Source: Pyrinomonadaceae bacterium
GTDB taxonomy: Bacteria; Acidobacteriota; Blastocatellia; Pyrinomonadales; Pyrinomonadaceae
Reading direction: 5' to 3'
Length of the DNA stretch: 64,000 bases
Assembly (NCBI GenBank): GCA_036726305.1
Contig: DAIMCP010000020.1
Coordinates: forward strand, 2,995-66,994
Positions 30,801 through 39,924 of the stretch are shown here, piece after piece. Under the pieces are notes generated by a model. The model made no database searches, was not told the DNA's origin, and was given only the letters and a program-made list of their open reading frames with translations. Both the position numbers and the translations under genes were made by a program. Position 1 is the stretch's first letter. Every line of letters starts with the position of its first letter.

Positions 30801-31328
30801 CAGGCATTAAAGCAGAACTTCTTGCTTTATCGCGATGGGGATTATCAACTCAATCATGAATTTTCGTATCGCATTGACATTGAGGAGTTTGACCGACTGG
30901 TTGCGGAAGGCGAGAACGCTCGCCGAAGCCGCAGGTTCGAAGAGTGCATTAAGGCTTACGAATCCGCCCTCGCCCTTTATCGCGGCGAGTTCATGCAAGG
31001 CAGTTACGATTCGTGGGTGGAAGAGCAACGGACTTATTACAGCAAACAGTATCTGGGCCTACTTGAATCGCTTGCCGCAGTTGCTGAGAAAATGCAGGAC
31101 TGGAGCCGGTCGATGCAGCTCGCCCAGCGGATCCTTCAGGATGACCCTTTCCGGGAGGATGTCCATTGCTTGTTAATGCGGGCCCACGCAGCGGCTGGCA
31201 ACCGTGGGGCAGTTAGGGAACAGTTTGAAGGATTACGCCGATTATTAGCAAAAGAGCTGGGCGTAGAGCCGGGCAGCGAGGCGCGCAAGACCTTTCAGGA
31301 ACTGTTAAAAGACGGCCCAGCGTCATGA
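27831..31328 (+). CDS. STAND NTPase - TPR - C-terminal SARP (winged-helix + BTAD) transcriptional regulator
   Basis: 'LSRPRLTERL', Walker A 'NAGSGKTT' and 'LILVLDDYH'. Long TPR region. C-terminal 'LGPIEIFRD..W..RRARDILCFIA..' OmpR-type wHTH followed by BTAD ('ALALYRGEFMQG', 'DPFREDVHCLLMRAHAAAGNRGAV', 'ELGVEPG'). Confidence 0.7.
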   Translation: MNARNETSASTIGWIPAAVIRSADRGRNPFPCATLAKSRIAPRHKLMAPRIRPGKPPQEALTPTVANPPGSLPSFFLRTKLMPPRPSPEMLSRPRLTERLLANLAHSVTLVTANAGSGKTTLVADFLRSQDRPFVWYQLDHTDADPFVFLGYVTHGIQQVVPDFGKAMFSYLHEAAGELAQHPERAVDVLLNEVLERVDQQLILVLDDYHHLGSDTAVHGVLDRLLAYLPDVMHVIVISREVPPISMSRLRAQAPLSTIDRPDLLFTDQETQELFRKVFDLELTATQLAEYRQRTHGWITALQLVRQFAQRTPANRENGSKVEPADLVEVLTRSERDIFDYFAEEVFADEAAETQQLLLRLSLLESIELDTCTELYEGMNCSRVLPSLVRRNVFLTVASDGHGEEYRLHPLFQSFLRRRFRSEVGKSGVAAEHARYADYFVSRKAWEPAVRHLLAAEVFDRAAAIIADRGREWIASGAIASLALLAGALPQAELELHPKALAHQGEVARLRGQYDVAQTFFRRAVTLLRQQSDKEGEAEALHSLATLARREGEYEMAFAYLDRAIELAGENSALHTKCGNTRGLCLVAMGEWTAAEREFRAALQSAEERNDEYYMRLIAHNLGTPAGIRGDFGEALRWLGRMLRADIHGAPMPQEAIAHLNMARCYLYRGAFADCEKHLESALDRCQVFNLVASRGEIFEAFGNLYRERCEVERATEFYERAARAYDDAGIALSRVELLEELALLSLQVGNVNAARTHIDRLISSRPVEKGEITYFTASLTRGRVILAQGEYQTAAKELSQALRYFHENGLYYYEAQASMALAACELKLGQEPGMLAHLRRALELAARYDYEYWLQREVSHHPDLFGSEEAAELLPAEVREQLPSLRVQRFPVVPTPQLETSIEAKSLTDLSINMLGPIEIFRDPTRPLGADAWTTRRARDILCFIASRRHRRASKDSIIDVFWGETDLRAVEKNFHPTVSHIRKALNSNQALKQNFLLYRDGDYQLNHEFSYRIDIEEFDRLVAEGENARRSRRFEECIKAYESALALYRGEFMQGSYDSWVEEQRTYYSKQYLGLLESLAAVAEKMQDWSRSMQLAQRILQDDPFREDVHCLLMRAHAAAGNRGAVREQFEGLRRLLAKELGVEPGSEARKTFQELLKDGPAS

Positions 31329-31638
31329 AAGTTGGCCTTTGGTATTCCGAAGGAAGACATAAGGTCAAGATCATTACACATTTCGGCTTAGGACCGTATT
31401 CAACGCGAAAAAATGACTAGGAAATCGCAAGGCAGGTGCAACAACTCCAACGCCGGAGGGGATATAGAATACCTCCCACTCCGAAAGACACCGTACGCCG
31501 TCATCCTTTGTTACTTAGGCAGGCGGTGCTCAGCAGTTCCTGGCTCCAAAGGGGACCAGGAAGCCGGCTTAGTGCGGAAAAATGTCACTAAGGAGTAGTT
31601 AGCACGACTGCGCCGATAATCCCGACTAAGGTGATAGT

Positions 31639-34623
31639 TTGCTAAAAATGACTAATAGCCTACCAGGATTTCTATTACTCAGGTCAAAGAGAATTCTCGC
31701 TGCCGGCTTGGCGATCTTGCTGGCGGCGATGCCGGCTCTTGCGGGCCTTTCCATCAGCAACTCGAACGGCATTGTCATGACTGGCGCAGACGGCATTGTC
31801 ATGACCGGGGCCGACGGCATTGTGATGACTGGGGCGGACGGGTTCCTCGCTCTTGGGCCCAACGGCATAGTTATGACCGGGGCCGACGGGATCGTCATGA
31901 CCGGCGCCGACAATTTTTATTCGCCAAATAGTCTGCGAATGACTGGTGCTGCCGGCATAGTTATGACCGGGGCTGACGGGATTGTCATGACCGGGGCCGA
32001 TGGGATCGTTATGACCGGCGCCGACGGTGTTACTCATCAGGCCGATTCGGTGACCATTACCGAGGCCGACGGCATCGTGATGACGGGCGCCGATGGCATT
32101 GTGATGACGGGGGCCGACGGAATCCGGCGCACCGGCGCTGATGGGATTGTCATGACTGGCGCAGATGGTATCGTGATGACGGGAGCTGATGGCATCGTCA
32201 TGACCGGCGCTGATTCGCTACGCGCGTTGGGATCGGATGGAACGGTATATTCGATCCCCACCGATGGCCTCCGCTTTGGTGGGGTGACGGGTATCGTGAT
32301 GACAGGTGCCGATGGCATCGTCATGACTGGAGCCGATGGTATCGTGATGACCGGCGCTGATGGACTGTTGACAACGGGAATACCGGTTCAGAGCGGATTG
32401 AGAAGCTTGGATCCGGAACTTGCTGTGAAGTTAAACAGCCTGACTGACGACAGCAACATTAATGTTGTGCTTGTTTATCATCACCTCCCGACGGAGGCCG
32501 ATATCACCGACTTACAGGGGATTGGGATTGTCGGCGGTACTCGTTATCGCGCCTTGCCCTTGATTACCTTGACGGCAACCAAAAGCCAAATACTCGTTAT
32601 CTCACGGCTGCCCGCCGTCCGTTCAATTTATGGCACCCGTACATTGGAAGCCACCATTGAACCCGAAGTTCGCGCTGAGACGGGCGTTGATAGGGCCTGG
32701 AGGGATCAGTCAATTGCTCAACAGAACAGCGGACTTGGGGTGAGCGGCCGGGGAGTGGGCGTCGCGGTAATTGATACCGGGATCGACGCAATGCATGGAG
32801 ATTTGGCAAATCGGGTGGTGCAAAACGTGAAGCTGGCCGATACACAGAGTGCCAGCCCAGGTTTCAATTATCCCGTTAACGTGGAAAACCTCGCCGATAC
32901 CGATCAGGTTTACGGCCATGGAACATTCGTCGCAGGAGTGATTGCGGGCAGCGGTAGTCTTTCAGGCGGAAAGTATAGCGGCATAGCTCCAGGAGCGAAT
33001 ATTGTGGGCTTGGGCGCCGGTGACCTCAGTTTGGTATATGTTCTCGAAGGATTTGATTACCTGCTGGCTCATCCTGAGTTGGGAGTCCGTGTTGTTAATT
33101 GTAGTTTTTCGGCGGAAACGGTCTACGATACCAACGACCCAGTCAACGTCGCTACGCGAATGCTTACCGATCGCGGTATTAGCGTCGTTGTGTCGGCTGG
33201 AAATACCGGGTCCGGCATGCACACCTTGAATCCCTATGCCGTTGCCCCCTGGGTAATAAGCGTTGGGGCGACCGATACCCAGGCCAGACTTGCTAGCTTT
33301 TCTTCCCGGGGAGATTTTGCCAGCCCTTTGTTCCACCCCACCCTGGTCGCGCCAGGCGTCGCTGTGGTTAGCCTGCGCGGGTCGGGAATTGCAAATGTGA
33401 CGGGTGCAGAGGGCGTCGCCAACGCCGACACACAACGGTTAAGCGCGTCCGAGCTCCCCAACTATACAACGGCAAGCGGTACTAGTTTTTCTGCCCCCCA
33501 GGTGGCGGGTGCTATCGCCCTCATGCTTGAGGCCAACCCGCAGCTTACTCCGGCGAAGATCAAAGACATCCTGCAACAGACCGCAACGCCGCTGCCACCT
33601 TACTTCATGCATGAAGTGGGCGCGGGGATGTTGAACGTGCATGCAGCAGTACTGCAGGCGAGTTTTCCGTCACTCAAATTGGGAACCTGGCGCGGACTCG
33701 CCAATTGGGGTCAGGTGACATTCGTCAAGGACCCAATTCAGCAGTTTGTTGGCACCGTGCAACCCGGCGCACAAGCTGATGCTCAGCTAACGATTCCCAC
33801 CGGCGCCTTAACGGCATCACTTCAAGTCGCCTGGGGGCCGATGTGGAGCGCCAATGATCTGGGACTCTCCGCCTACGGCCCGGACGGAAATCTAAGTGCC
33901 CAGTCAAACAGGATCAACTTACCCGGGCTGACCGGCGATCGCGAACGCCTGGCACTAAAAGAGCCAGTCACCGGCCTTTGGCGCGCCACTATTAGAAACT
34001 CGCTTGGGGCTGCCGTAACTGCTCAGCCATTTGTCGGAACTCTGGAAGTTGGGCGTGCCAGTTACTCGCCGCTGAACGATGTTGTTGGCCAGAGTGCAGC
34101 GACGCGCTCCGATATCTATCAGAACATTCGCTCCCTGATGATGGCCCCAGCGGGAAAGAACTTTCGTCCGAATGCTGCCGCTTCGCGGGCCGATTTGGCG
34201 GCCGCGCTGGTAGCAGGGGCACGTGTGCCGCAATACATGCGCGGACAACAGAGTTATCAGGATGTTGCTGACGCGATTACCAGGTTGTTGGTCGATAGTG
34301 TTCAGGCGGCGCCAACCGGTCCGTTGTTCTACGACGTCGTGGGTACCAATAGATTCCGGCCCAACGAGGCGGTAAATCGTTTGACGGCCGCGGTAGCACT
34401 GGTAAGGGCTGCCGGATTGGCTTCTGAGGCTGAGACGAGAAGGAACGCCCCACTCGCTTTTCTTGATGCCTTGAGTATCCCTGCAGATCTGAGAGGCTAT
34501 GTGGCAGTCGCAGCTGAACGCGGGTTTATCTCGTCAGATACGTCATTTCATCCCCAGTTTTCGCTCACGCGTGCCGAGCTGGCACATGCGATGGTGGTCA
34601 CACTGACACTGGCAACCAACTGA
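31639..34623 (+). CDS. secreted S8 (subtilisin-family) serine peptidase with N-terminal octapeptide repeats and C-terminal SLH-like repeats
   Basis: Signal peptide (ILAAGLAILLAAMPALAG). Catalytic triad contexts 'VAVIDTGID', 'HGTFVAGVIAG' and 'GTSFSAPQVAGAIALM'. Three C-terminal 'F(R/H)P....(T/S)RA(D/E)LA.A(L/M)V' SLH-like units. Alternative start ATG at 31648. Confidence 0.85.
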   Translation: MLKMTNSLPGFLLLRSKRILAAGLAILLAAMPALAGLSISNSNGIVMTGADGIVMTGADGIVMTGADGFLALGPNGIVMTGADGIVMTGADNFYSPNSLRMTGAAGIVMTGADGIVMTGADGIVMTGADGVTHQADSVTITEADGIVMTGADGIVMTGADGIRRTGADGIVMTGADGIVMTGADGIVMTGADSLRALGSDGTVYSIPTDGLRFGGVTGIVMTGADGIVMTGADGIVMTGADGLLTTGIPVQSGLRSLDPELAVKLNSLTDDSNINVVLVYHHLPTEADITDLQGIGIVGGTRYRALPLITLTATKSQILVISRLPAVRSIYGTRTLEATIEPEVRAETGVDRAWRDQSIAQQNSGLGVSGRGVGVAVIDTGIDAMHGDLANRVVQNVKLADTQSASPGFNYPVNVENLADTDQVYGHGTFVAGVIAGSGSLSGGKYSGIAPGANIVGLGAGDLSLVYVLEGFDYLLAHPELGVRVVNCSFSAETVYDTNDPVNVATRMLTDRGISVVVSAGNTGSGMHTLNPYAVAPWVISVGATDTQARLASFSSRGDFASPLFHPTLVAPGVAVVSLRGSGIANVTGAEGVANADTQRLSASELPNYTTASGTSFSAPQVAGAIALMLEANPQLTPAKIKDILQQTATPLPPYFMHEVGAGMLNVHAAVLQASFPSLKLGTWRGLANWGQVTFVKDPIQQFVGTVQPGAQADAQLTIPTGALTASLQVAWGPMWSANDLGLSAYGPDGNLSAQSNRINLPGLTGDRERLALKEPVTGLWRATIRNSLGAAVTAQPFVGTLEVGRASYSPLNDVVGQSAATRSDIYQNIRSLMMAPAGKNFRPNAAASRADLAAALVAGARVPQYMRGQQSYQDVADAITRLLVDSVQAAPTGPLFYDVVGTNRFRPNEAVNRLTAAVALVRAAGLASEAETRRNAPLAFLDALSIPADLRGYVAVAAERGFISSDTSFHPQFSLTRAELAHAMVVTLTLATN
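31768..32361 (+). repeat. in-frame 24-nt tandem repeats encoding GIVMTGAD (16 perfect plus several degenerate units, in 6 blocks)
   Basis: Read directly from the DNA and the translation. The units differ at synonymous third positions (GGC/GGG/GGT/GGA, ATT/ATC/ATA, GTC/GTG/GTT, ACT/ACC/ACG, GCA/GCC/GCG/GCT, GAC/GAT). Confidence 0.9.
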
Positions 34624-34658
34624 GACTCCGGAGCATGAAATAGCCAGGTATTCTGCGC

Positions 34659-34964
34659 TTAGGTTTGGCTGCGCAACACCAGTTCGAGTGAGCGTATGTC
34701 TCTTTCGTTCCGCAGCGAAAATATCACCCCAAAGCCAATGCCCGGCTGGCTGGCAGTGACTTCACCGTGCAGTTGTATCCATTTTGATGAGAGCTTGATC
34801 TCTATGACGACTGCCTCGCCAACTTCTAACTGACTCTGCGTGTTGACGAAGCACCCTCCCATACTGATGTCTTCAATTCGCGCCTCGTGCATTCCAGACA
34901 ATCCGTCATACCTCGCCGGCAGGTTTAATGGGACGCGTCGGTTCGTCCTTCGCTCGTTGTTCAT
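34659..34964 (-). CDS. PilZ domain protein
   Basis: 101 aa with 'RRVPLNLPARY' (RxxxR) and 'DISMGGCFV' (D/NxSxxG) c-di-GMP-binding signatures. The start ATG overlaps the upstream stop by 1 nt (TAATG). Confidence 0.7.
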   Translation of the reverse strand: MNNERRTNRRVPLNLPARYDGLSGMHEARIEDISMGGCFVNTQSQLEVGEAVVIEIKLSSKWIQLHGEVTASQPGIGFGVIFSLRNERDIRSLELVLRSQT

Positions 34965-35845
34965 TAGTTTGAATCCGCTCTAAGGCTGGCCGCCATGGCA
35001 TCGCGGCTGAGCTCCAAATGAAACTGGCCTGGGAATCTTGAGTTGTAGAACCTCTGCAAAAACTCAAGCGCTTCTGCATCGTTCAAAGAATAGACTTCTT
35101 CCATGTCAAAGTTAAGCGCAAACTTCTCCTTGCGGTCGGGACGATTGAGATATCCATTGGCGTAAGCGGTTTTCGCATCCCTGCCCTGATTTCCAGCCAA
35201 CTCTTTTGGCGCCAGAAAAGCGTTATTGTATTCCAATTCCAATATGGTATAGCCAAAATCCTCACAGAGGTCCGCCAGCATGGAGATCGAGTACCCAAAG
35301 AAATGATGGCGAAGTTGGAAGTCCGGGTCGTATTTGATTACAAACCTCAGTGGCGGAGGAATCTTCTCGTTGATCTCTGTAACGACTAGTTGTGGACGGT
35401 ATTCCGAAAGGATGGCTCGTAAAACCCAATAATCGTTGCCGTCAATATCCAGACTCAACACACTGAAATTTTCAGCGACTTCGTAGGAACGCAACAAGGG
35501 CACGATGTTGGCAGGCGTGGCCCGGTTGCGACAAGCGAACACACCGGAGAAATACTTGTAAGCGCGCGCCAGCCTGACAAATTTTCGGCTGTCATATTCA
35601 ACCCCAATCCCCTGCCATCCCTTGAGAAAAAGGGCATAAGTGTTGGACCAGCGAATGCCGTCCCCGGCTCCAATATCGACCGCGGTGCGACTATGTTCCG
35701 GAGGCAGGAGTTCAGCGATGTACCTGGCGAGAATGCGGTCTTCGTTTTCGTTTGAGAATCCGTCTCGTCGCAAAGACAGCCGGGCGCGGTGCAGCTTGGA
35801 TTCAAGGTCCTGGAAACTTTGCCGGGCTGCTTTGGTCAATTTCAT
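34964..35845 (-). CDS. FkbM-like SAM-dependent methyltransferase (putative)
   Basis: 'AVDIGAGDG' glycine-rich SAM motif and 'LSLDIDGNDYWVLRAIL..RPQLVVTEIN'. The family assignment is tentative. Confidence 0.5.
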   Translation of the reverse strand: MKLTKAARQSFQDLESKLHRARLSLRRDGFSNENEDRILARYIAELLPPEHSRTAVDIGAGDGIRWSNTYALFLKGWQGIGVEYDSRKFVRLARAYKYFSGVFACRNRATPANIVPLLRSYEVAENFSVLSLDIDGNDYWVLRAILSEYRPQLVVTEINEKIPPPLRFVIKYDPDFQLRHHFFGYSISMLADLCEDFGYTILELEYNNAFLAPKELAGNQGRDAKTAYANGYLNRPDRKEKFALNFDMEEVYSLNDAEALEFLQRFYNSRFPGQFHLELSRDAMAASLRADSN

Positions 35846-35868
35846 GCGTTACTTTTCTGGGACCCAAA

Positions 35869-36705
35869 CTAACTGATCATTTTTCCGTAGTAAACTCTTG
35901 TATCGTACTCGATGGTAACTTTGCCGTCCTGGTTGTAAGTCTCGAAAATCGCGCGCAGGTTGGCTAACATCGACTCCAGATCAGGATGCCCGGGGTCGGG
36001 AGAGTATGACGCTGAACAAATACGGCCCTCCAATCCCTCGTAGTCAAGGTATTGTAAGTTTTCAAAGCTGGCGAGTCTAAAAGCGCTTTTCCCAAAGAAA
36101 GCCGCGATATCTTTGTAGACATTTTCGTGGCGCACCTGCAAATAATCGGTGCCGAACCGGACCAGAAGCTCTTCAATTGCCCTCAGAAAGTCGCTTGTTT
36201 CAAGCCGGCGCTCGTTCCAGATCAGCGCAACCCATCCCTCAGGCCGCAAAATGCGTAGAAATTCCCTCGCTGCTCTTGCCTGATCAAACCAATGGAAAGC
36301 CTGGCCGGCAGTAATCAGGTCAACGCTATGGTCCGCGAGCGTTGTGTCCTCCGCCGTTCCGGGTACGCTTTTGAATCGCGGATAGGACGCCAGCAGCCGT
36401 TCGGCCGCCTCGCGCATGTTCTGATTGGGCTCGACGGCATAAACCTGGAAGCCATTTTGTAGCAGCAATTCTGAGAGAATACCGGTCCCGGAACCCACGT
36501 CAGCCAATACTGCCTCACGTGTCAAACCACACTCCGCATAAAGAAGATCAACGATTTCGCGTGGATAACTCGGACGATACTTGGCGTAGGCCTCAGCTCT
36601 GCTTGAAAAGCGTCTAACGGAATCCACCATTGCTTTGTTATGCAACTCCTCCAAAGAATTTGGCGCTATTCTAAGTTCAGCCCGCCCAAAACGGAAAAGG
36701 CTCAC
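35869..36705 (-). CDS. class I SAM-dependent methyltransferase
   Basis: Motif I 'VLADVGSGTGILSELL', post-I 'VYAVEPNQNM' and 'DLITAGQAFHWF'. Confidence 0.75.
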   Translation of the reverse strand: MSLFRFGRAELRIAPNSLEELHNKAMVDSVRRFSSRAEAYAKYRPSYPREIVDLLYAECGLTREAVLADVGSGTGILSELLLQNGFQVYAVEPNQNMREAAERLLASYPRFKSVPGTAEDTTLADHSVDLITAGQAFHWFDQARAAREFLRILRPEGWVALIWNERRLETSDFLRAIEELLVRFGTDYLQVRHENVYKDIAAFFGKSAFRLASFENLQYLDYEGLEGRICSASYSPDPGHPDLESMLANLRAIFETYNQDGKVTIEYDTRVYYGKMIS

Positions 36706-36864
36706 TTGGGTCCTTCTTACGCTCTCGAAATCTTAAACGTCTTTGCGGCGAATGCGGACATGCCCGTCCGCGCATGAAATTACCCCGGCAAGAAAGAACA
36801 GGCAGGCCTGCTCTGGCAGCGGAATTCCCTATTTACGGGTTCTTTCGCGGAGAACGCGGACGCC

Positions 36865-37527
36865 TTACCGCGGCGGAAACAACGACGCGCTTTGTGGCGG
36901 TGGGGGAGGCGCAAACCTAACCAACAGGCGATAGCCCAGCAAAAGCGCAAGAACAAACGCAAATGTCAACGGCAGACGTGTGTCTGATTTGACCAGCATC
37001 CAGTAGTGAAGTACGCCTCCCGCGCCTGCAAAGTAAACCAGCCGGTGCAAGCGATTCCAACGCTTGCCACCCAGCCGCTTAATCATCTTGTTGGTAGAGG
37101 TTATCGCGAGGGGCGTGAGCATGAAGAAAGCTGCCATGCCTACTGTGATGAAAGGCCGTTTGATCACATCCGCGGGTATGGTTGAAAGATTAAACAGACG
37201 ATCAAAGGCGATGTAAGTCAACAGGTGAAGAAAGCCATAAAAGAAAGCGAAAAGACCGACCATGCGCCGAAATCTAATAAGCCAGTTTGCGCCGGTAACT
37301 TTGCGGAGGGGCGTGACCGCGAGTGACAGCAGCAGGAAGACGAGGGTCAACATACCGGTAGTGCGCGTTACGAACTCGAGCGGATTTGCTCCCACCTGCT
37401 TGCGATAGACATCCCACAAAAGCAGGGTTAGCGGTACAAGGCTGTTGACGAAGAGGACAGTTTTTGAAAAGCGTGTGTCGAGCATATGAAAGTCGTTCAG
37501 ATTGTCAGTAGTTAGACACGTGCTCAA
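36865..37527 (-). CDS. msrQ: protein-methionine-sulfoxide reductase heme-binding membrane subunit
   Basis: About 6 TM segments, ferric-reductase-like, with conserved His residues ('FLHLLTY', 'HRLVY'). 4-nt overlap with upstream msrP. Confidence 0.8.
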   Translation of the reverse strand: MSTCLTTDNLNDFHMLDTRFSKTVLFVNSLVPLTLLLWDVYRKQVGANPLEFVTRTTGMLTLVFLLLSLAVTPLRKVTGANWLIRFRRMVGLFAFFYGFLHLLTYIAFDRLFNLSTIPADVIKRPFITVGMAAFFMLTPLAITSTNKMIKRLGGKRWNRLHRLVYFAGAGGVLHYWMLVKSDTRLPLTFAFVLALLLGYRLLVRFAPPPPPQSASLFPPR

Positions 37528-38507
37528 AAATCCCGATGCAGATCCATCCCCTCATACAAATGTGCTACCTGCTCGGCATACCCGTTAAACATCAGCGTCT
37601 TGCGCCGACTGTACTCTCCAATGCGCCGCTCGGTCGCCTGGCTCCAGCGTGGATGATCCACATCCGGATTGACATTTGAATAGAATCCGTACTCATTTGG
37701 GGCCTGGATGTTCCAGGTGGTCGGAGGTTGTTCGGCCACCAGTTTGATTTTGACGATTGATTTGATGCCTTTAAATCCATATTTCCAGGGTACGACCAGG
37801 CGAATCGGAGCGCCGTCCTGGGGAGGCAACGTTTCTCCGTAGAGTCCGGTGGCGAGTATGGCCAGTGGATGCAGGGCCTCATCTATTCGCAATCCTTCGA
37901 CGTACGGCAAGTCTAATCCGCTGGCGAAGGCGTTTGGCATCCGTTTGGGATCATAGAACGACTGGAAGGCAACGTAGCGCGCCGCCGGCAGGGGCTCCAC
38001 TCTTTGCAGTAGTTTGAACAGGGGAAAGCCGACCCAGGGAATCACCATCGACCAGCCTTCAACACAGCGCATCCGATAGACTCGCTCCTCTTGTTCAATC
38101 CGAAGCAATTCCTCAAGGTCAAAAACTGCGGGCTTGTTAACTAACCCCTCGACAGAGACACTCCAGGGGCGGGTCACAAAACCCTTAGCTTCCGTTGCTA
38201 CAGAGCTCTTGGAGGTCGAGAATTCATAAAAATTGTTGTAATTCGTTATGTCTTCAAGGGAGGTCAGCTTCTCATTCACGGTAAAACCTGAATTCGCGGC
38301 TGAACTCGTAACGGACTGCACTGTCGCAATCTTCTCGCCTTTGGGCAATTCCGGCGGTGGAGCATTGAGACTTCGGTAGAGTAACCCCGTCGCGGTCGCT
38401 GTACCTGCCAGGATCGCTCCCTTCATAAACCAACGACGGTTAAAATAGTCCCGTTTGTCGGTAATCTGGCTCGCGTTGATGTCGCTGTCGCTCTTCATTA
38501 ATCTCAA
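37524..38507 (-). CDS. msrP: protein-methionine-sulfoxide reductase catalytic (molybdopterin) subunit
   Basis: Tat signal '[19 protein letters not shown]'. '[10 protein letters not shown]' and '[14 protein letters not shown]' are typical of YedY/MsrP. Confidence 0.85.
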   Translation of the reverse strand: MRLMKSDSDINASQITDKRDYFNRRWFMKGAILAGTATATGLLYRSLNAPPPELPKGEKIATVQSVTSSAANSGFTVNEKLTSLEDITNYNNFYEFSTSKSSVATEAKGFVTRPWSVSVEGLVNKPAVFDLEELLRIEQEERVYRMRCVEGWSMVIPWVGFPLFKLLQRVEPLPAARYVAFQSFYDPKRMPNAFASGLDLPYVEGLRIDEALHPLAILATGLYGETLPPQDGAPIRLVVPWKYGFKGIKSIVKIKLVAEQPPTTWNIQAPNEYGFYSNVNPDVDHPRWSQATERRIGEYSRRKTLMFNGYAEQVAHLYEGMDLHRDF

Positions 38508-38693
38508 GTTCCCAATTTAGCTGCAGATAATACGCTCCATCCTGGGCTAACGGTTTTCGCCAGCATAACGCCTATCCCTTTCAGGCGATAATGAACAGTC
38601 GTAAAGAGACTTGCAAACATTACACCTACGACGGAAAGTTCTCGTCAGTCTGAGGAATAATCTGTAGAATCCCCGCAATTTTTTGCAAATGCA

Positions 38694-39902
38694 ATGAAAA
38701 CGGCATCACCAACTGAACAGACTCCGGAAGGACACTGGGCGGCATTGTTGGCGGGTTTTCTCGGCTGGACACTCGATGCCTTCGATTTTTTCCTCGTCGT
38801 ATTTTCCTTAACGGCGATTGCCGAGGAATTCCATCGGCCGGATAAGGACATCGCCTTATCAATTGCCGTTACTCTGGCCTTTCGTCCGGTGGGTGCTTTC
38901 ATCTTCGGGTTGCTTGCCGACCGGTACGGCCGGCGACTGCCACTGATAATAGATCTCATTTTCTTTTCCGCGGTCGAGGTGCTTTCCGGACTTGCACCGA
39001 ACTACACCACCTTTCTCGTCTTGCGGGCGCTGTTTGGTATTGGAATGGGTGGCGAGTGGGGCGTAGGCGCCTCTCTGGCTATGGAGAAGGTGCCTCCTCG
39101 CTGGCGCGGAGTGCTATCCGGCCTGCTCCAGGAAGGTTATGCGGCTGGTTATCTGCTGGCGGCCGCTTGCTACTTCTTTGTTTTCCCGCACTGGGGCTGG
39201 CGGCCGATGTTTTTCATCGGGGGCTTACCAGCCCTGCTGGCAATTTATGTTCGCCTGCACGTAAAAGAATCAGAAGTTTGGAAGAAGACACGCCATGAGA
39301 ACTGGAGCCAGTTAGGCCGCGCCATTGTTTCGCACTGGAAATTGTTTATTTACCTGGTGTTGTTAATGATGATGATGAACTTCGTCTCACACGGTACTCA
39401 GGACATGTACCCGACACTGCTGAAACGTCAGTGGGGATTTAGCCCTCAGAAAGTGGCCGCAGTAACGGCGCTCTCAATGGTCGGGGCAATTGCCGGCGGA
39501 CTCGTCTTCGGACTTCTCTCAGATCGCTTTGGTCGCAAACGCTCAATGATCGCAGCGCTGCTCTGCGCGTTGGGTGTCATACCCCTGTGGGCTTTCTCAC
39601 CGTCGCTTGGTCTGCTGGTCGCAGGCGGTTTTCTGATGCAATTCATGGTTCAAGGAGCCTGGGGGGTCATACCGGCGCATCTGACTGAATTGTCTCCGGA
39701 TTCGGTACGCGGTTTCTTGCCAGGGTTTGCTTACCAGTGCGGCGTATTGCTGGCGGGTTTCGTTGCTTATATCGAAGCGATTTTCGCTCAGCGTATGAGT
39801 TATGCAAGCGCAATGGCATTGACTGCTTTCACTGTGTTCGTGGGTGCAATAATCATCACCGCTCTGGGTAGGGAACGGCACGGCATTCACTTTGGCGGTT
39901 GA
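38694..39902 (+). CDS. MFS transporter
   Basis: 12 predicted TM segments. 'LADRYGRR' (MFS motif A) and a second-half 'LSDRFGRKR'. Confidence 0.8.
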   Translation: MKTASPTEQTPEGHWAALLAGFLGWTLDAFDFFLVVFSLTAIAEEFHRPDKDIALSIAVTLAFRPVGAFIFGLLADRYGRRLPLIIDLIFFSAVEVLSGLAPNYTTFLVLRALFGIGMGGEWGVGASLAMEKVPPRWRGVLSGLLQEGYAAGYLLAAACYFFVFPHWGWRPMFFIGGLPALLAIYVRLHVKESEVWKKTRHENWSQLGRAIVSHWKLFIYLVLLMMMMNFVSHGTQDMYPTLLKRQWGFSPQKVAAVTALSMVGAIAGGLVFGLLSDRFGRKRSMIAALLCALGVIPLWAFSPSLGLLVAGGFLMQFMVQGAWGVIPAHLTELSPDSVRGFLPGFAYQCGVLLAGFVAYIEAIFAQRMSYASAMALTAFTVFVGAIIITALGRERHGIHFGG

Positions 39903-39924
39903 TTCAATTGCGAGATATACGGCC

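Noticed and set aside
31626-32324. Minus-strand ORFs of 95, 117 and 95 aa with repeats such as 'MPSAPVITMPSAPVMT'.
   Set aside because: They are mirror-image shadow ORFs of the + strand GIVMTGAD repeats. They lack starts with an RBS and lie wholly inside a well-supported S8 protease gene.
31768-32361. Regular 24-nt repeats that might be mistaken for a CRISPR array.
   Set aside because: The units are contiguous without unique spacers, are in frame within a CDS, and vary only at synonymous positions. No cas genes are in the window.
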